32,000 nt of DNA from Haloferax volcanii DS2 (GTDB taxonomy: Archaea > Halobacteriota > Halobacteria > Halobacteriales > Haloferacaceae). Positions 27,676 to 32,000 of this stretch are shown piece by piece. The stretch spans positions 300,001 to 332,000 of the forward strand of contig NC_013967.1 in the NCBI RefSeq assembly GCF_000025685.1, given 5' to 3'. Numbering within the stretch: the first letter of the stretch is position 1; each line of letters starts with the position of its first letter. A program made the translations under genes and the position numbers. Under the pieces are notes generated by a model that saw nothing but the letters and a program-made list of their open reading frames with translations, was not told where the DNA came from and did not search any database.

Positions 27676-28941
27676 ATGAGCGACAAACCCCACCAGAACC
27701 TGGCCATTATCGGCCACGTCGACCACGGTAAGAGTACGCTCGTCGGCCGACTCCTGTTCGAGACCGGCTCCGTCCCGGAGCACGTCATCGAGCAGCACCG
27801 AGAGGAAGCCGAGGAGAAGGGCAAGGGCGGATTCGAATTCGCCTACGTCATGGACAACCTCGCCGAAGAGCGCGAGCGCGGTGTCACCATCGACATCGCC
27901 CACCAGGAGTTCGACACGGACGAGTTCTACTTCACCATCGTCGACTGTCCTGGCCACCGCGACTTCGTCAAGAACATGATCACCGGTGCTTCGCAGGCTG
28001 ACAACGCGGTACTCGTCGTCGCCGCCGACGACGGTGTCGCGCCGCAGACCCGCGAGCACGTCTTCCTCGCCCGCACGCTGGGCATCGGCGAACTCATCAT
28101 CGCGGTCAACAAGATGGACGTCGTCGATTACAGCGAAGACAAGTACAAGGACGTCAAGGAGCAGGTCAACAAGCTCCTCAAGCAGGTCCGCTTCAACTCC
28201 GACGACGCGACCTACGTCCCGATTTCGGCCTTCGAGGGCGACAACATCGCCGAGCGCTCCGACAACACGTCGTGGTACGACGGCGACATCCTCCTCGAAG
28301 CACTCAACAACCTGCCGGCACCGCAGCCGCCGACGGACGCGCCGCTGCGCCTGCCCATCCAGGACGTCTACACCATCTCCGGCATCGGTACGGTCCCGGT
28401 CGGCCGTATCGAGACGGGTACCCTCAACCCCGGCGACAACGTGAGCTTCCAGCCCTCTGACGTCGGCGGCGAGGTCAAGACCGTCGAGATGCACCACGAG
28501 GAAGTCGACCAGGCCGGACCTGGCGACAACGTTGGTTTCAACGTTCGTGGCGTCGGCAAGGACGACATCCGCCGCGGCGACGTCTGTGGCCCGGCCGACG
28601 ACCCGCCGAAGGTCGCCGAGACGTTCAAGGCGCAGGTCGTCGTCATGCAGCACCCCTCGGTTATCACCGCTGGCTACACGCCGGTCTTCCACGCCCACAC
28701 GGCGCAGGTCGCGTGTACCATCGAGTCCATCGACCAGAAGCTCGACCCCGCGTCGGGTGAGGTCGCTGAGGAGAACCCGGACTTCATCAAGTCCGGCGAC
28801 GCTGCCATCGTGACCGTCCGTCCGCAGAAGCCGCTCAGCATCGAGCCGTCCTCCGAGATTCCGGAGCTCGGCAGCTTCGCTGTCCGTGACATGGGTCAGA
28901 CCATCGCGGCCGGCAAAGTGCTCGAAGTCAACGAGCGATAA
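27676..28941 (+). CDS. tuf: translation elongation factor aEF-1 alpha
   Basis: Internal ATG ([21 protein letters not shown]) of track ORF 27664..28941. It is 421 aa. Confidence 0.95.
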   Translation: MSDKPHQNLAIIGHVDHGKSTLVGRLLFETGSVPEHVIEQHREEAEEKGKGGFEFAYVMDNLAEERERGVTIDIAHQEFDTDEFYFTIVDCPGHRDFVKNMITGASQADNAVLVVAADDGVAPQTREHVFLARTLGIGELIIAVNKMDVVDYSEDKYKDVKEQVNKLLKQVRFNSDDATYVPISAFEGDNIAERSDNTSWYDGDILLEALNNLPAPQPPTDAPLRLPIQDVYTISGIGTVPVGRIETGTLNPGDNVSFQPSDVGGEVKTVEMHHEEVDQAGPGDNVGFNVRGVGKDDIRRGDVCGPADDPPKVAETFKAQVVVMQHPSVITAGYTPVFHAHTAQVACTIESIDQKLDPASGEVAEENPDFIKSGDAAIVTVRPQKPLSIEPSSEIPELGSFAVRDMGQTIAAGKVLEVNER

Positions 28942-28943
28942 CG

Positions 28944-29252
28944 ATGCAACAGGCACGCGTTCGGCTCGCCGGCACGAGTCCGGAAGACCTCGACGATATC
29001 TGCGACGACGTCCGCGAGATCGCGAACAAGACGGGCGTCAACCTCAGCGGGCCGATCCCGCTGCCCACGAAAACGCTCGAAGTCCCCGCCCGCAAATCGC
29101 CTGACGGCGAGGGGACGGCGACGTGGGAGCACTGGGAGATGCGCGTCCACAAGCGTCTCATCGACCTCGACGCTGACGAACGCGCTCTGCGCCAGCTGAT
29201 GCGCGTTCAGGTTCCGAACGACGTCAGCATCGAGATCGTCCTCGAAGACTAA
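28944..29252 (+). CDS. rps10: 30S ribosomal protein S10 (uS10)
   Basis: 102 aa. The protein runs [17 protein letters not shown]...GPIPLPTK...HKRLIDL. Confidence 0.95.
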   Translation: MQQARVRLAGTSPEDLDDICDDVREIANKTGVNLSGPIPLPTKTLEVPARKSPDGEGTATWEHWEMRVHKRLIDLDADERALRQLMRVQVPNDVSIEIVLED

Positions 29253-29262
29253 CGACGGCGCT

Positions 29263-29308
29263 GTCCGGGCTCTCCCGGGCCGCCCGTTCGTGACGGCCCG
29301 CCCGTCAC
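29263..29308 (+). terminator. two consecutive GC hairpins after rps10
   Basis: The first spans 29263-29280 (core CCGGG-CTCT-CCCGG, extended to 7 bp). The second, GTGACGG-CCCGC-CCGTCAC, spans 29290-29308. No T-run follows. Confidence 0.3.
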
Positions 29309-29474
29309 ACTCGCGGTTGTCGAGGCGCGCGTCCGGAGGACTCTGCCTCCGAGCTGACTTTCAGCGCTAAGGCGCGTGTCATCTCACTTCCGTTCGACGC
29401 GCGAGCAGACGCCCGCAGAATCGCCCGACGGAACGGGTTGCTATCGCATGCCCGACTGCGGACAAAACATAGGG

Positions 29475-29480
29475 TATAAG
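29475..29480 (+). promoter_or_regulatory. TATA box for tRNA-Ala
   Basis: TATAAG is centred about 29 nt upstream of the tRNA 5' end. Confidence 0.45.
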
Positions 29481-29506
29481 TGTATCCCACGACTCCGTGG
29501 GAATGA

Positions 29507-29578
29507 GGGCTCGTAGATCAGTGGCAGATCGCTTCCTTCGCAAGGAAGAGGCCCGGGGTTCAAATCCCCGCGAGTCCA
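29507..29578 (+). tRNA. tRNA-Ala (CGC)
   Basis: Hand-folded. The acceptor stem is GGGCTCG/CGAGTCC with the G3:U70 alanine identity pair. The anticodon arm is CTTCC-TTCGCAA-GGAAG and the T arm is CGGGG-TTCAAAT-CCCCG. The discriminator is A. Confidence 0.9.
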
Positions 29579-29583
29579 TCAAA

Positions 29584-29587
29584 TTTT
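29584..29587 (+). terminator. T-run after tRNA-Ala
   Basis: TTTT lies 6 nt past the tRNA 3' end. It is followed by an 8-bp hairpin, CGCTTTCG...CGAAAGCG (29592-29626). Confidence 0.35.
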
Positions 29588-29751
29588 AACTCGCTTTCGA
29601 AGATTCCAAAAACCGGAGCGAAAGCGTTCGTAGTTCCATTTCTCGCGTTCGGGAAGTCGCAAGAAAGACCCCGCCCATCGAGAGTTCACGAGACTCGGTT
29701 AGTCGGGCCTCCGCTGTCTGTCGATGAATCGAGTGATTTCGGGGGCCAGCG

Positions 29752-29856
29752 ATGAGACGGTTCTGCCCGACCTGCGGGTCCCGTCTCACCACGACGACGA
29801 GTCGCGGTGGACTCCCTCGCCGTATCTGCCCCGAGTGCAACGGGGGTGGTGCGTAG
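29752..29856 (+). CDS. 34-aa zinc-ribbon micro-protein (CPxCG...CPEC)
   Basis: MRRFCPTCGSRLTTTTSRGGLPRRICPECNGGGA. It lies in an alternative frame of track ORF 29724..30458. Its TAG stop overlaps the in-frame GTG of the SWIM ORF (TAGTG). Confidence 0.45.
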   Translation: MRRFCPTCGSRLTTTTSRGGLPRRICPECNGGGA

Positions 29857-30458
29857 TGCAGTATCTCGACTTCAAGCGCGAGCGTGACGAGGCGACGACC
29901 TCGTGGGAGCGAGGCGACCCTGTCGCCGCGCTGGTCGAGCGCACCGGTCCGACGACCTATCTCGTTACCCTTCCGGGTGGCGAGACGCACGCCGTCGAGT
30001 ACGGCAAGGAGCGCGGTACTCGTGTCGGCGGGTGCGACTGCAAGGGCTTCGAGTTCCGCGACGACGAGGACTCGCCGTGCGCCCATCTGTGCGTCCTGCG
30101 GAAAGCCGAGTGGTCACACAACCACTTCGGAGACGCCGCCGGGCGCGATGTCACCGACGACCCCATCACCGCCCACGACACCGCCGAGCACGTCGCACCG
30201 AACGCAACCGAACCCGAGCCCGACCTCGTCGCCGACGGTGGTGAGGATTTCCCGCGCCAGAACTGCCGTCGCTGCGGTGCCGTCTCGCCCGACGGAGAGG
30301 CCCCCCCGCCCGCCGAGTGCTCCGAGGGAACGACCGACGACCCTGAGCACGAGTGGACTGACGCGCCCGACCTCGTCGCCGACGGTGGCGACATCGTCGA
30401 GGCACCGACCACCGGACACGACGGGCGCGTCTTCGGCCGCCCGGAGGACCAGCTATGA
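29856..30458 (+). CDS. SWIM zinc-finger protein with a duplicated PDLVADGG motif
   Basis: The SWIM signature is CDCKGFEFRDDEDSPCAHLC (CxC...CxH). I prefer the GTG at 29856 (VQYLDFKRERDE...) over the track ATG at 29724, but the start remains uncertain. Confidence 0.6.
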   Translation: MQYLDFKRERDEATTSWERGDPVAALVERTGPTTYLVTLPGGETHAVEYGKERGTRVGGCDCKGFEFRDDEDSPCAHLCVLRKAEWSHNHFGDAAGRDVTDDPITAHDTAEHVAPNATEPEPDLVADGGEDFPRQNCRRCGAVSPDGEAPPPAECSEGTTDDPEHEWTDAPDLVADGGDIVEAPTTGHDGRVFGRPEDQL

Positions 30459-30642
30459 CCTGCATCACCTACTCCCGAGCACCAGCACCACGAGCCGACC
30501 AGCCCCGGCGCTCGCGCGGGCGCGCACACCCCCGCGCGAATAGGCCTCCTCGTACGACCACGGGGGGGCGTACTGCCATACTCCGTATCCCCGCCCCGTC
30601 TGCGTATTACGAGTGTGACACGCTGCAGTACAGAGGTGCCCT

Positions 30643-31095
30643 ATGAGCCGAATGAAGACCGAGCGGACCGAGAGCACGACGGTGACCGTCCGCGTCGACG
30701 AGGACCTGAAGGAAGACTACACCAGCGCTCTCGACGGGTCGATAAGCGACGACATCCGGTCCCACATGGAGGAGGTCGCGCGGACCGTTCGAGATGAGTC
30801 CGACAACAACCTCCCTGACGATGAGATTCTGCGAGACGGCTACCTCGCGCTCCGACGGACTGCCGAGGCGTACGACCCGAACGGTCGTCGCATCGACGTG
30901 ACGACTGCTATCTCGAAGGTCGCCGAGCGAGCAGGAATCCCGAAAGACGCCGTCCGCCGTCGCGTCCTGAAGCCCCTCATCCGAGACGACTACGTCGAGT
31001 TGGACTGGGGGGAAATCATCATCTACCAGCCGGAGGAGGTCAACGCGAGCGCGAATCGGGCCTCCCCGACGAAGGGAAAGAGTACGAGTAGCTAA
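30643..31095 (+). CDS. hypothetical DNA-binding protein: RHH-like N-terminus plus wHTH-like C-terminal half
   Basis: 150 aa. The beta-strand plus helix pattern TVTVRVDEDLKEDY...ISDDIRSHMEEVA suggests an RHH fold. The segment ISKVAERAGIPKDAVRRRVLKPLIRDDYVEL suggests a wHTH. I recognise no family. Confidence 0.55.
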   Translation: MSRMKTERTESTTVTVRVDEDLKEDYTSALDGSISDDIRSHMEEVARTVRDESDNNLPDDEILRDGYLALRRTAEAYDPNGRRIDVTTAISKVAERAGIPKDAVRRRVLKPLIRDDYVELDWGEIIIYQPEEVNASANRASPTKGKSTSS

Positions 31096-31232
31096 GAAGA
31101 GTCGTCGTCGGTCTTTTTTTGCTGTCCGAACCGCCGCTGTATCTGCGCCTTCAGCACTCCCGAAATCGCCGAGAGTGGGAGCGCCGCGACCGCGAGGAGT
31201 TCCAGCGGACTGAGTGTGACACTACCGTCCAT
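31092..31232 (-). CDS. candidate 46-aa single-pass membrane protein
   Basis: MDGSVTLSPLELLAVAALPLSAISGVLKAQIQRRFGQQKKTDDDSS. Its ATG overlaps the upstream gene by 11 nt. It is below the track size cutoff and its GC3 is only about 70%. Confidence 0.35.
   Translation of the reverse strand: MDGSVTLSPLELLAVAALPLSAISGVLKAQIQRRFGQQKKTDDDSS
31114..31120 (+). terminator. oligo-T terminator after the RHH/wHTH gene
   Basis: A TTTTTTT run lies 19 nt after the stop. It sits inside the candidate 46-codon minus-strand ORF. Confidence 0.4.
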
Positions 31233-31422
31233 CGTCGTCCTCCTCGACGCCGCCGTCGGTAGCTACCGCCCAGTCCTCGACCCGCCGCACGCGCCCACGA
31301 ATGATGCGCAAGTCCTCATGGAGGTCTTGCCGGACCCAGAGAACCAGCGCGGCGACGCCGAGGAGGAGCAGCGCCGTCACCGGGTCGGTCGTCTGCAAGA
31401 TGAGGTCGGTTAGCTCACTCAT
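31222..31422 (-). CDS. 66-aa single-pass membrane protein
   Basis: Internal ATG of track ORF 31222..31503. The protein runs MSELTDLILQTTDPVTALLLLGVAALVLWVRQDLHEDL...EEDDDGR. GC3 is about 83%. Its start overlaps the upstream stop (ATGAGTGA). Confidence 0.55.
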   Translation of the reverse strand: MSELTDLILQTTDPVTALLLLGVAALVLWVRQDLHEDLRIIRGRVRRVEDWAVATDGGVEEDDDGR

Positions 31423-31810
31423 CGCCGACCACTCCCGCGATGATTTCGAGCAGCGGACGGAGCAGATACAGGAGCACAAGCCCGACGACGACCGCGACGA
31501 CAATCCACACCTTCGCGGCGAGTCCTGTCCCGCGCGTCGGGTTCGACGCCTGCCCGTCCTGCGGGTCCTCTATCCACGGCGTCCCGCCCGGACCAGCGGT
31601 GTTCCCGGCTTCGTCATCGAACAGCGAGACGAGCCCGCCGACGCCCTCATCGAAGTTGAGCGCGGCGGCGTCCGCTGCGCCCGCGACCGTATCGTACGGG
31701 TCGCGGACGGCCTGACCGGGGTCGCTGACGAAATCGTCGATGCCGCCGAGCCAGTTGTTGGAGCCGTCCCCGAAGGTACCGGTTCCGTTCGTGTCGGGCA
31801 CGTCAGCCAC
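31415..31810 (-). CDS. 131-aa acidic protein with C-terminal TM helix
   Basis: The GTG at 31810 lies inside track ORF 31415..31975. The protein runs (M)ADVPDTNGTGTFGDGSNNWLGGIDDFVSDP...AAKVWIVVAVVVGLVLLYLL. Sequence upstream of 31810 in this frame is Ser/Arg/Pro-rich off-frame-like text. Confidence 0.5.
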   Translation of the reverse strand: MADVPDTNGTGTFGDGSNNWLGGIDDFVSDPGQAVRDPYDTVAGAADAAALNFDEGVGGLVSLFDDEAGNTAGPGGTPWIEDPQDGQASNPTRGTGLAAKVWIVVAVVVGLVLLYLLRPLLEIIAGVVGDE

Positions 31811-32000
31811 CTCCGAAGACGACTGCGCCGATGGCGACCGCGGCGGCCACCCCGAGCGCGATGAAGTTGCGACGTGACCCATCGCCATCGAGGAGCCATC
31901 CGACGCCCGGCGCGTTCTCGGTCGAGTCGTCGGTGTCCGCCGACGGGCTCGACGAGCCGCCCGGCGACGACCCACCGCCGACCGAGGTCTCGCCGTCGTC
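31803..32000 (-). CDS. C-terminal end of a larger protein entering from beyond the window: Ser/Gly/Asp-rich linker plus hydrophobic helix
   Basis: The frame is open from 32000 to the TGA at 31805-31803 with GC3 about 86%. It reads DDGETSVGGGSSPGGSSSPSADTDDSTENAPGVGWLLDGDGSRRNFIALGVAAAVAIGAVVFGGG. It has no start codon in the window, so it is absent from the ORF track. Confidence 0.5.
   Translation of the reverse strand, partial: DDGETSVGGGSSPGGSSSPSADTDDSTENAPGVGWLLDGDGSRRNFIALGVAAAVAIGAVVFGGG

Noticed and set aside
29305-29582. Minus-strand ORFs of 61 and 67 aa between rps10 and tRNA-Ala.
   Set aside because: One runs antisense through the tRNA-Ala gene. Both give Arg/Ser-rich text and have no start context. 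The spacer is better explained by hairpins and the tRNA promoter.
29586-30086. 166-aa minus-strand ORF and other overlapping frames across the SWIM gene (29884-30543, 29903-30244 and 29957-30529).
   Set aside because: They give Arg/Pro/Ser-rich off-frame translations. Only the plus frame carrying the CxC...CxH SWIM signature has a recognisable domain.

Overview
High-GC (about 65%) haloarchaeal chromosomal segment with acidic proteins and many TATA boxes 27-30 nt upstream of start codons, the geometry expected for leaderless mRNAs. No searches were run. All calls rest on motif recognition, reading-frame logic, third-position GC and hand folding. About 29 kb is conserved housekeeping DNA. It encodes proline dehydrogenase, CDP-archaeol synthase, pyrE, a PurR-like HTH/phosphoribosyltransferase regulator, a purine permease, an ASST-like beta-propeller protein, glutaredoxin, a conserved HTH regulator, TiaS, two CrcB fluoride-channel genes and two identical tRNA-Asp genes. 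It then carries the RNA polymerase operon (rpoH, B'', B', A', A''), nusA, rps12, rps7, aEF-2, an ACT-domain gene, hom, aEF-1alpha, rps10 and tRNA-Ala. From memory this order matches the Haloferax volcanii pyrE2-to-rps10 region, but I cannot verify identity. The items most worth a second look are these. (1) Housekeeping synteny stops at tRNA-Ala (29507-29578). It is followed by unrecognised genes: a zinc-ribbon micro-ORF, a SWIM protein, an RHH/wHTH protein and a chain of four overlapping small membrane-protein genes that runs off the window. This may be an integrated element or provirus edge, but no integrase or att repeat is visible in the window. (2) A decayed tRNA-Asp-derived array sits downstream of the two intact tRNA-Asp genes. 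It contains 3'-end fragments, paired GC hairpins with compensatory changes, and inverted T-arm cores. (3) The ASST-like gene has a frame break exactly at a C CCG GGC heptamer. (4) The leader of the ACT-hom operon is structured and carries a small upstream ORF. No CRISPR array, IS element or rRNA gene was seen.
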